Counted from the stretch's first letter, positions 1 through 8,285 are shown. The stretch is DNA of 64,000 nt from Bacteroidales bacterium (GCA_004554455.1 SFMG01000003.1:43305-107304); one strand, 5' to 3'. Notes: generated from the sequence alone by a model not told the origin. Made by a program: numbers and translations.

Positions 1-282
1 CTTAGTGAAGCTGTGGGTGGCGAGGGCGGCGTGGAGTTTCGCGGTGGCGTAAACGGGCTTGCGGGCCATGCGGCAGAAGGAGCGCAGCCCCCTTATGTGG
101 TCCAGATGGTCGTGGGTAACCAGTATGGCGGAGAAGCTGTCGAAGCTCAATCCTCTCTCTGCGAGCACGGGTCTGATGGTACGGGCGCTGACGCCTGCAT
201 CGATAAGCAGGCCCTTCTTCCCGTCTCCTATGTAATAGCAGTTTCCGCAACTTCCGCTCGAAAAGCTGATGAACTCGATCAT
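1..282 (-). CDS. MBL-fold metallo-hydrolase (YycJ/WalJ-like), 5' part only, runs off window edge
   Basis: Not in the ORF track. Manual translation from ATG at 282 gives MIEFISFSSGSCGNCYYIG...LLIDAGVS...ILVTHDHLDHIRG, with the THxHxDH motif. ATGA overlap with the upstream TPR gene stop. Confidence 0.85.
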   Translation of the reverse strand, partial: MIEFISFSSGSCGNCYYIGDGKKGLLIDAGVSARTIRPVLAERGLSFDSFSAILVTHDHLDHIRGLRSFCRMARKPVYATAKLHAALATHSFTK

Positions 283-2297
283 TGTTTTATCTCCTCCTCA
301 CAGTATTTCTTTATGACGGCATAAGCCTCCGCCACGCCCAGTTCGCCCGCGCGTGAGAGGTCTATGCAGCCTTTTTCCTTGTCTTTAAGATAAATGAGCA
401 CCAGTCCCCTGTTGAAATAGGCATCCCCCATATAAGGGAAGAGACTGATTGCCCTGGTATAATTCTCAATCGATGCCAGATGCTCCGACGAAAGGCAGTG
501 CAGATTGCCGAGATTGAAATACAGATAAGGTATGTTGTCGAGTATCTCAATCGCCGCCTTTGCGTCGGCTATGGCTTCCGAATAGTCGTAATCCGTGCTC
601 ACATGTTCCTTCACGCGCGCCCTGGTGTTGCGGGAGTCGTCCATTGTGAGCACCTGGACGTTGCTCTGCATCGAGGCGATGAAGTCTATCATCTCGGCCC
701 TCAGCACAGAACGGTTCATCAGGTAGAAGGCCTTGTAGAGGTGGTCATACGCGTCCGTAGAGGCGTCCGACTGCCCTATGGCCGCATCCAGCGAACTCAG
801 GGCCATATTGTATTTCTTCGAATAGGACTCGGAAACGGAACGCAGGAACGAGCCCCTGCTGCCCTGCTGCGCATATATCACCGCATCCAGGGACGCCAGC
901 TGCGCGGAGCTGAGTTCGCCCTCGCCTCCTGCGATTTCCACCTTCACAGGCGACGAAGCCGCGAAACGGTCGAGCAGCGGATTCTCGTAGCGGCGTGTAA
1001 GCATCTCGCCGTCAACGACTTTTTCGCCGGCCAGGACATATCTGTACATAGGCCTCAAACGTATGTCTATATCCCTGTGCTGCAACATTTCGTCGTTGAA
1101 GTCCTTGCGCGCGAATTCGGCGTCGAGCGCGATCAGCGAACTGTACTTGCGCGTCGTATCCGCGAAAGAGCCCTCGTCCGTGACGTTGCGGGCCCTGTAT
1201 TCCTGAATCTTGCGCTGGGCAGTGCGATAGTCCTCCTTTGACGACTGGTTCAGTCCGAGGCGGCTCTTGACGTAGGAGCGGTTCATATAGGCCTTGGCGA
1301 AGTCAGGATAGAGTTCGATGGCCCTGTCGTAGTCCTCCAGAGCGTCCTCCCAGCGCTCCATTTCAATGAATATGGAGGCGCGGTTGAAATAGGCCAGGAC
1401 GTTTTCCGGATTGATGTTCAGCACCCTGTCCATATCGGAGAGCGCGGCTTCGTACTCCCCTACCTGCGCGTTGATGAGTCCCCTGTTGTAGAGCGTGAGA
1501 GCGTTGCCCGGCTCGTCTTTGAGCACCCTGTTCAGGTCGTCCATCGCGCGGCGGTATTCCTTCTTTTCGGAAAGCAGCAGGGCGCGGTTGAAATAGGCGA
1601 GCGTATTCGAGCTGTCCAGTTCTATCGCATGGTCGAGGTCGGATATGGCGGCTTCGTAGTCGCCCTTTTCGGAATAGAGACGTCCGCGACGTATATATCC
1701 CTCGGGGTCGAAACGGTCCAGTTTTATTGCCTTGTTGTAGTCGCTGAGTGCCTTCGTGGTGTCGGCGAGGAAAAGGTAGCAGGCGCCGCGGTTCAGGTAG
1801 GCCGAAGGGTCTTTCGGCTCTTTGCGTATATATTTGTCGAAGTCGCGCACTGCATTTTCGAACTGCCGGGCGAGGAAGTAGGTGACGCCGCGGCTGTAAT
1901 AGAGTCCGGTGAAGCCCGGCCTGAGGTCTATCGCCCTCTGCAAGTCGCTTAAGGCCTCTTCGAAGCGGCCGAAGCGGCTTTCCGTGATGGCGCGGTAGTG
2001 GTAGCCGGAGGTGAAGACGGGATTCAGACGCACGGAATTGTCGAAATCCCTCTGGGCGCCGCGTATATCCCCGAGATTGTACTTGGCTATGCCCCTGAAG
2101 AAATAGGTCTGGTAGTCGCTGGTGTCGAGCTGTGCCAGTATGTTGAAGTTTTCAATTGACTGCGCGTACTTGCCGTCGGCCAGGGCCTGCCGTCCCCTCC
2201 AGAAGAAAACATCCTTGTCATATTGCGCGCGGGAATGCACAAAGGAACAGAGCAGAAGCACTGCAACGAGAAATGCATGTTTTGGGAATCTGTTCAT
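279..2297 (-). CDS. Tetratricopeptide-repeat protein with signal peptide
   Basis: Many 34-aa TPR repeats (AYxNRG...A..D...AI.L.P) and an N-terminal hydrophobic signal. Confidence 0.9.
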   Translation of the reverse strand: MNRFPKHAFLVAVLLLCSFVHSRAQYDKDVFFWRGRQALADGKYAQSIENFNILAQLDTSDYQTYFFRGIAKYNLGDIRGAQRDFDNSVRLNPVFTSGYHYRAITESRFGRFEEALSDLQRAIDLRPGFTGLYYSRGVTYFLARQFENAVRDFDKYIRKEPKDPSAYLNRGACYLFLADTTKALSDYNKAIKLDRFDPEGYIRRGRLYSEKGDYEAAISDLDHAIELDSSNTLAYFNRALLLSEKKEYRRAMDDLNRVLKDEPGNALTLYNRGLINAQVGEYEAALSDMDRVLNINPENVLAYFNRASIFIEMERWEDALEDYDRAIELYPDFAKAYMNRSYVKSRLGLNQSSKEDYRTAQRKIQEYRARNVTDEGSFADTTRKYSSLIALDAEFARKDFNDEMLQHRDIDIRLRPMYRYVLAGEKVVDGEMLTRRYENPLLDRFAASSPVKVEIAGGEGELSSAQLASLDAVIYAQQGSRGSFLRSVSESYSKKYNMALSSLDAAIGQSDASTDAYDHLYKAFYLMNRSVLRAEMIDFIASMQSNVQVLTMDDSRNTRARVKEHVSTDYDYSEAIADAKAAIEILDNIPYLYFNLGNLHCLSSEHLASIENYTRAISLFPYMGDAYFNRGLVLIYLKDKEKGCIDLSRAGELGVAEAYAVIKKYCEEEIKQ

Positions 2298-2364
2298 ATT
2301 TTGCTAATTTTGCGCTCCATTCTTAACAAGAATCCTGCAAATATAATCAATAATTGCTCAAAAG

Positions 2365-3411
2365 ATGCTGAGGAAACTGTCGCGGACCTTTATTTTTTTA
2401 CTCTTTTCGAGTATGCTCTTTTTGCAGTCCGCACCCTCTCTCCGCGCGGCCGTCCCCGACCCCAGACTGAAGGCCGCCTACAACGTGATATGGGCGGAGA
2501 ATCTGAAGCTTCAGCTGTCGTTTCTGTGTGACGATATCTGCCAGGGAAGGGCTACGGGCAGCCGCGGGAACGTGGAGGCCGGTTTCTGGATTGCGTCGGA
2601 GTTCGCCCGTCTGGGCCTCCTTCCTCTCGATGGCGACGGCGTCTGCTGCGGCACTTCATACGCACGTCACTGCCAGCTGGACAAGGGCGGTTTCGGGCAT
2701 AATTTCGTGGCTATGCTCCCCGGCTCGGCCAAGTACCACAAAAAGGATTATATCATTGTGGCCGCCCATTATGACGGAATAGGAACCATTGGCGGCAAGC
2801 TCTACCCCGGCGCGGACAGCAATGCCTCCGGCACGGTCTCGCTGCTGAGCATCGCGAAGATGTTTACCACGATGCGGCTTTTCGGCAAGTCCTGGAGTTC
2901 CAATATCCTCTTTGTCGCTTTCGATGCAAAGGAACTGAGCATGGGTGGCTCCAATGCTTTCTGGAAGGCCCTTGAGGATGGGCATCTCGTGGACCCCGTT
3001 TCGGGAAAGGCCATCAGCCCGTCGCAAATCAGGCTTATGGTGAACATAGACCAGGTCGGCGGTGTTTCCGAGCCTCTCCACAGGGGACGCAAGGATTATC
3101 TCATTATGCTGGGCAATGATTCCCTCCCGAAGTCCAGCCGCGAACTGGCTTCCTATGTCAACCGGAATGGGGATCTCGGCCTTGACCTGGGCTTTGACTA
3201 TTATGGCAGCGCCCGCTTCACCGAGCTTTTCTACCGCCTTTCCGACCAGCGCGTCTTTGTGGACCACAAGTGCCCCGCCATCCTCTTCACCTCCGGCATC
3301 ACCATGACCACCAACAAGGTCTCGGACACCCCCGACACCATCGATTTCGATGTACTGCGCAAGCGCATAATGTACATCTTCACCTGGATTGAGAAGGTAA
3401 TCGAGCCCTAA
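2365..3411 (+). CDS. M28 family metallopeptidase
   Basis: Motifs IIVAAHYDG, PGADSNASG, FDAKE and NIDQVG, plus a signal peptide. Confidence 0.85.
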   Translation: MLRKLSRTFIFLLFSSMLFLQSAPSLRAAVPDPRLKAAYNVIWAENLKLQLSFLCDDICQGRATGSRGNVEAGFWIASEFARLGLLPLDGDGVCCGTSYARHCQLDKGGFGHNFVAMLPGSAKYHKKDYIIVAAHYDGIGTIGGKLYPGADSNASGTVSLLSIAKMFTTMRLFGKSWSSNILFVAFDAKELSMGGSNAFWKALEDGHLVDPVSGKAISPSQIRLMVNIDQVGGVSEPLHRGRKDYLIMLGNDSLPKSSRELASYVNRNGDLGLDLGFDYYGSARFTELFYRLSDQRVFVDHKCPAILFTSGITMTTNKVSDTPDTIDFDVLRKRIMYIFTWIEKVIEP

Positions 3412-3471
3412 GTGGCATCTGTTTCAATGAACTTCCAGGCGACCCTGGATCTGCCAAGTGTTCTCGGATAA

Positions 3472-3942
3472 CTAAGCGGGGTTTTCGATGCTGTCGATGC
3501 GGAGCCTGAGCACGCCGGCGGGAGCATCGGCCTCGACGACATCGCCCACCTGATGGTCCATCAGGGCATGACCTATAGGAGACTTCAGCGAAATCTTTCC
3601 GGACTGTAGGTCCATCTCGTGCGGGGAAACGATCTGATAGCTCATCTGAGAGCCGGTAGCAAGATTGGTAAACGAAACCCGGCTCAGCAAGGTAACCCTG
3701 TCCTTGGGCAGCGATCTGGTGTCGATGACACGCGCATACTTCAGGACCTTCTGGAGGAAATTGATGCGGCTGATCATCCTGGCCTGGGTCCTGCGGGCCT
3801 GACGATAGCCGTAATTCTCACTCAGGTCGCCTTGGGCCCTGCACTCGTCAAGGTCCTCCTTCACCTTCGGATACTCCACATTCATAAGCCTGTTCAGCTC
3901 AGAAAGGATCTCGTCATAACGTTCTTTTGAGAGATATTCCAT
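3472..3942 (-). CDS. greA: Transcription elongation factor GreA/GreB family
   Basis: Motifs QGDLSEN, ISLKSPIGHAL and APAG; 156 aa. Confidence 0.85.
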   Translation of the reverse strand: MEYLSKERYDEILSELNRLMNVEYPKVKEDLDECRAQGDLSENYGYRQARRTQARMISRINFLQKVLKYARVIDTRSLPKDRVTLLSRVSFTNLATGSQMSYQIVSPHEMDLQSGKISLKSPIGHALMDHQVGDVVEADAPAGVLRLRIDSIENPA

Positions 3943-3990
3943 TTCAACTGTGGATATGGGTTCAGCAGTGGATATGGGCAGAGTGAACTG

Positions 3991-4851
3991 CTAGTAGAGT
4001 ACCAGGTCCGGGTTGCGGCGTTTGCCCATAGGCTCCGTAATGGCTGTGATGTTCCTGAGATCCTCTTCAGCTATTACGAAATCGAATGCCTGCGCATTCT
4101 CCCTGATTCTGGAAGGCGTAACCGACTTGCTCAGAGGAATGACGCCGTTGGCGGCAACCCAGTTCAGTACAAGCTGGGACACGCTCACCCCATATTTTTC
4201 CGCCATTGCAATCAATGACTCATTCTTCAGGGCGTCGCCGTTTGCCAGAGGACTCCAGGCTTCGACCAGGATTCCGTGCTTCTTGCAGAATTCCACGCAC
4301 TCCGGCTGGGTCCATCCCGGATGATACTCGATCTGGTTTACGGCCGGCAGTATCCTGCAGCTGTCCAGGAGCGGTTCCAGATGATGAGGCATGAAGTTGG
4401 ACACGCCGATCGAGCGCACCCTGCCGTCCCCGACCAGCTTCTCCATTGCCCTCCAGGTCTCCAGGTTCAATTCTTTCCAGCATTCGTATTGCGACGGTAC
4501 GGCAGGCCAATGGATCAGGAAGAGATCGACATATTCCATTCCGAGACTGGAAAGCGACTGTTCGAAAGAACGCAGTGTTCTTCCATATCCCCTCTCGCTG
4601 TTCCAGACCTTGGTGGTCACAAATATATCCTCGCGCCTGAGGCCGCCGGCCTTTAACGCCGCGGCGACTCCCTCTCCGACTTCCTTCTCGTTGCGGTACA
4701 GGGAGGCTGTGTCTATGTGGCGGAAACCGCATTCAATGGCAGTCTGCACTGCTGCCGCCGTCTTTTCGGGCTCGCTCTGCCAGGTTCCGAAACCCACCGC
4801 AGGAATGGCGTAGCCGCTGTTCAGTTTGTAGTAAGTGTCAAGCATAGTCAA
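3991..4851 (-). CDS. Aldo/keto reductase (2,5-DKG reductase-like)
   Basis: Motifs GFGTWQ, IDTASLYRNE, TKVWN, DLFLIHWP, IGVSNF, NQIEYHP and IPLSKS. Confidence 0.92.
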   Translation of the reverse strand: MTMLDTYYKLNSGYAIPAVGFGTWQSEPEKTAAAVQTAIECGFRHIDTASLYRNEKEVGEGVAAALKAGGLRREDIFVTTKVWNSERGYGRTLRSFEQSLSSLGMEYVDLFLIHWPAVPSQYECWKELNLETWRAMEKLVGDGRVRSIGVSNFMPHHLEPLLDSCRILPAVNQIEYHPGWTQPECVEFCKKHGILVEAWSPLANGDALKNESLIAMAEKYGVSVSQLVLNWVAANGVIPLSKSVTPSRIRENAQAFDFVIAEEDLRNITAITEPMGKRRNPDLVLY

Positions 4852-4949
4852 TTTCAGATTTTTACATACCCTTTACAAGCTCAGGGTCACTCAAGCGACC
4901 GATTCCGCTCAGGAATACAAAATATCCTGGCAGACTGGGAAGCGTCATA

Positions 4950-5675
4950 TCAATCGAATGGAACTATCGACTCTCTATACGTGCTAGAGTCATAGCTATA
5001 GAGGTAATCATCGGAAAAATCAATTACAGGCATACCTGAGGTCTGTACTACAGTTCCATTTGCCAAGTGATTGTTCACTATGAAATATGGATTCTCTCCA
5101 ATAATGCCGTACTGGTTATCTATCGTCCAATAGAGATATTTCTTTCCTTTGATGTTTATATACTTGTCAGAAAACAAACCGGGCCAACTTCCAAAAAAAT
5201 AGATGTCCGAATCCGATTTGTAAGCAAACAAATACGCAGGATCCAAATACCAAAGGGAATCCCACAAGAAATAGAAAGCACTGTTATCAAGGCTATATTT
5301 CGGAGCTTCAGTCCCGGATGGGACCACACAGGTGGCAGTTAAATCATTATTGAGATAGATGTCATAAGTTCCAGCCGGTTGGGAATTGGAATTCACATCG
5401 GAGTGAAGCTGGCACCATTTTCCAAGAGGTGCTTCCGGAACCAAAGAGCAAAGGATGGCGCCGTCTTGTTCCAATTGGATTCCAAATCCTTCGGAGTTGG
5501 AAGCGAAAGACTTGAGTACGTAGCCTGACTTTGTACTCTTAAACGGATAGGACTTATCCGCACAGACAAGACGCGGATAGCTGTTTTCCTGTTGAGTATC
5601 ATTATTTTTCGTACATCCAATGGCACAAACGAGGAGTAAAGCTGATAGAAAAAAAGTTTTAAGTTTAGTTTGCAT
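4950..5675 (-). CDS. AT-rich hypothetical lipoprotein, possible C-terminal CBM26-like starch-binding module
   Basis: Lipobox (VCAIGC). The C-terminal GSWPG...YFIVNN...VQTS pattern resembles CBM26. Visibly lower GC than neighbours. Confidence 0.6.
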   Translation of the reverse strand: MQTKLKTFFLSALLLVCAIGCTKNNDTQQENSYPRLVCADKSYPFKSTKSGYVLKSFASNSEGFGIQLEQDGAILCSLVPEAPLGKWCQLHSDVNSNSQPAGTYDIYLNNDLTATCVVPSGTEAPKYSLDNSAFYFLWDSLWYLDPAYLFAYKSDSDIYFFGSWPGLFSDKYINIKGKKYLYWTIDNQYGIIGENPYFIVNNHLANGTVVQTSGMPVIDFSDDYLYSYDSSTYRESIVPFD

Positions 5676-5772
5676 ATTGAATTGATTTTTCCAAATATAG
5701 TCATTTTACACGCTTATATAGTCATTTTCCACACTTTCAGCAAATATGGCAACCCGAAGGACTGAGGGAGGC

Positions 5773-7226
5773 GTTCCCGCGTCCGAGTCTGCCTGCGGGC
5801 AGGGACCGTGTTTCCGCGGCCAAGTCTGCCTGCGGGCAGGGGCCGTGTTTCCGCGGCCAAGTCTGCCTGCGGGCAGGGACTTCGGACCGGTGCGCACCTG
5901 CGGTGCTTTCCCTCCCGCCGCTGCGCGGCAGGTCCCTCCCGTTCACGAAGCCACGGGCGGCTACGCCGTCCGAAGTCCCTGCCCATCCGGCATTCCCCGG
6001 CCGCGGCATAAGGCACTCTCCATGGTACTGAAGCGGTTCTTGAGCCTAGTGCTGCATCGATTCTTGATTTCAAGCCCAGACTTGAGAATCGATGCAAGGT
6101 TTTCCCGTTTTACACGCTCTTGCGTGCATCGATTCTTGATTTCAGGCCCAGACTTGAGAATCGATGCAGGGTTTTCCCCGTTTACACGCTCTTTCGTGCA
6201 TCGATTCTTGATTTCAGGCCCAGACTTGGGAATCGATGCAAGGTTTTCCCGTTTTACACGCTCTTGCGTGCATCGATTCTTGATTTCAGGCCCAAACTTG
6301 CGAATCACTGCAGGGTTCCGCCTGCAGCGTCTGTTGCAGCAGCGAACATTCGCGTCCAATTCTAATTTTCGTCGCGTCAAAGAAGAATGGCCCGCCTGCT
6401 ACGGCCGTAGCGGCACGAGGTTCCGCGTCCGATTCTAATCTTCGTCGCCGCATAGAAGAATGGCCCGCCTGCAGCAACAGCGTTTGTAGTGGCGGCGACA
6501 ATGTTCCGCGTCCGATTCTAATCTTCGTCGCCGCATAGAAGAATGGCCCGCCTGCTGCGACCGTAGCGGCGACGACGTTCCGCGTCCAATTCTAATTTTC
6601 GTCGCGTCAAAGAAGAATGGCCCGCCTGCTACGGCCGTAGCGGCACGAGGTTCCGCGTCCGACTCTAATTTCCGTTGCCGCAACGAAGAATAGTTCCGCC
6701 TGCAGCGTTCGTTGCGGCATCGGCCTGCCGCGTCTGATTCAAATTTTCGTCGCCGCAAAGGAGAATAGTTCCGCCTGCTATGGCCGTAGCGGCACGAGGT
6801 TCCGCGTCCGACTCTAATTTCCGTTGCCGCAACGAAGAATAGTTTCGCCTGCAGCGTTCGTTGCGGCATCGGCCTGCCGCGTCTGATTCAAATTTTCGTC
6901 GCCGCAAAGGAGAATAGTTCCGCCTGCAGCAGACGTAGCGGCTGTGATCTTTCGCGTCCGATTCTAATTCCCGTCGCCGCGACGAAGAATGGTTCCGCCT
7001 GCAGAATGACCGTAGCGGACGCAGGCGGGGACAGGATGCCACGAAGGCGGCATAATCCTAAGTAAAAAGCCGCCGGAGTGGCGCCCTGTCCCCGCCGCTG
7101 CCCGTGGTCAGACTCAGGCTCAATCACCCCGCCGCTGCCAATGGTCAGACTCGGGCCAGATCACCCTGCCGCTGCCCGTAGTCAGACTCGGGCCAAATCA
7201 CCCCGCCGCTGTTCGTGGTCAGACTC
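5773..7226. repeat. Mosaic palindromic repeat locus 1 (modules A, hairpin element, B, C, D, E)
   Basis: A: 3x37-bp GTCTGCCTGCGGGCAGGG units at 5787/5824/5861. 114-bp element with terminal inverted repeats (IR) at 5871-5984. B: 4x72-bp units at 6053/6125/6197/6269. C: 9 units of 73-83 bp starting CGCGTC at 6351-6953. D: hairpin at 7024-7096. E: 4x37-bp units at 7090/7127/7164/7201. Confidence 0.95.
5871..5984. repeat. 114-bp element with perfect 17-bp terminal inverted repeats (MITE/REP-like or structured RNA)
   Basis: Ends GGGCAGGGACTTCGGAC and GTCCGAAGTCCCTGCCC. Second copy at 56120-56233 differs at 2 positions. Confidence 0.85.
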
Positions 7227-7283
7227 TGAAACTATTTCTTTGAAACAGCGACGAAAGACAGCCCTCTAGGCAAGATTTTTTTA

Positions 7284-7306
7284 GAATAATTTTGAATTAT
7301 TCAAAA
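7284..7306. promoter_or_regulatory. Fur/PerR-type 7-1-7 palindromic operator upstream of rubrerythrin
   Basis: TTTGAAT-T-ATTCAAA (7291-7305) overlaps GAATAATT-TTG-AATTATTC and lies directly before an oxidative-stress operon. Confidence 0.6.
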
Positions 7307-7368
7307 TAAAAATTTGGAATTTGGAAATTTATCCTTACCTTCGCTGAAGAATTTTAAAACAGAACAAT

Positions 7369-7908
7369 ATGGCAACAAAGTATGCAGGAACCCAGACCGA
7401 AAAAAATCTGGAAGCGGCTTTCGCAGGAGAGTCACAGGCAAGAAACAAATACACCTACTTTGCATCAAAGGCAAAAAAAGAAGGCTTTGAGCAGATAGCT
7501 GCCCTCTTCCTTGAGACGGCCGACAATGAGAAGGAACACGCAAAATTGTGGTTCAAAGAGCTCAATGGCATCGGCAACACTGCAGAGAACCTCGTGGCTG
7601 CCGCAGAAGGCGAAAACTACGAGTGGACCGATATGTATGATGGCTTTGCTAAGACAGCTGACGAAGAAGGCTTCCCTGAGCTCGCAGCGAAATTCAGGCT
7701 CGTGGCAGCCATCGAAAAGAGGCACGAAGAGCGTTATCGCGCACTGCTTCACAATGTGGAAACCGCAGAGGTCTTCAAGAGAAGCGAAGTTAAGGTGTGG
7801 GAATGCCGCAACTGCGGACACATTGTAATTGGTACTGAGGCTCCGGAGATCTGCCCTGTATGTGCACATCCACAGGCCTACTTCGAGATTCACAAGGAAA
7901 ACTTCTAG
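7369..7908 (+). CDS. rbr: Rubrerythrin
   Basis: Diiron motifs [13 protein letters not shown] and EKRHE, plus a C-terminal CRNCG...CPVC rubredoxin domain. Confidence 0.95.
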   Translation: MATKYAGTQTEKNLEAAFAGESQARNKYTYFASKAKKEGFEQIAALFLETADNEKEHAKLWFKELNGIGNTAENLVAAAEGENYEWTDMYDGFAKTADEEGFPELAAKFRLVAAIEKRHEERYRALLHNVETAEVFKRSEVKVWECRNCGHIVIGTEAPEICPVCAHPQAYFEIHKENF

Positions 7909-7940
7909 AATTCTGAGATATGTATTACGATGAAGCTGAT

Positions 7941-8102
7941 ATGACGAAGTACCGCTGCAAGGTATGCGGTTACGTCTATGACCCTGAAAAGGGTGACCCA
8001 AGCCAGGGAATCTATCCCGGCACTCCGTTCAACGAACTGCCTTCCTCTTGGAAGTGCCCTCGTTGCAAGGTAGGCAAAGAGAATTTCGAGCCTATGCTCT
8101 AA
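7941..8102 (+). CDS. Rubredoxin
   Basis: [19 protein letters not shown]...[17 protein letters not shown]. Confidence 0.93.
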   Translation: MTKYRCKVCGYVYDPEKGDPSQGIYPGTPFNELPSSWKCPRCKVGKENFEPML

Positions 8103-8107
8103 GTCCT

Positions 8108-8152
8108 GAATCACTGGAATCATTGAAATCACAGGAATCACTGGAATCACTG
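8108..8152. repeat. 9-bp tandem repeat GAATCACTG, about 5 copies
   Basis: gaatcactg gaatcattg aaatcacag gaatcactg gaatcactg. Confidence 0.85.
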
Positions 8153-8191
8153 ATCACAGTACGCCAAAGATAACAACGATTCCCACACAAA

Positions 8192-8230
8192 ATAAGCCGG
8201 CTGGAAAGCGATTTCCGACCGGCTTCTTTA
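8192..8230. terminator. Probable bidirectional intrinsic terminator
   Basis: AAGCCGG..GGAAA/TTTCC..CCGGCTT stem between convergent rubredoxin and carbonic anhydrase genes. Confidence 0.6.
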
Positions 8231-8285
8231 GTTTCGCGGCAATGTCACGAAGACTGGCCCAGACTTGAGGATGATGTCACGAAGA

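Noticed and set aside
3949..3978. GTGGATATGGG direct repeat upstream of greA
   Set aside because: Only two 11-bp copies, with no supporting context for a function.
6053..7020. CRISPR array call for modules B and C (also 56311-56990)
   Set aside because: The would-be spacers are mutually homologous or identical, the repeats are degenerate and 44-49 bp long, and there is no AT-rich leader and no cas gene in the window.
7024..7096. Integron attC site
   Set aside because: No RYYYAAC/GTTRRRY ends, no cassette array and no integrase.
5706..7269. ORFs over repeat locus 1 (e.g. 5746..6438) and locus 2 (e.g. 56028..56756)
   Set aside because: They are open in several frames on both strands because of GC-rich repeats and a 72-bp (24-codon) period. 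The core inversion changes the encoded peptide and no domain is recognisable.
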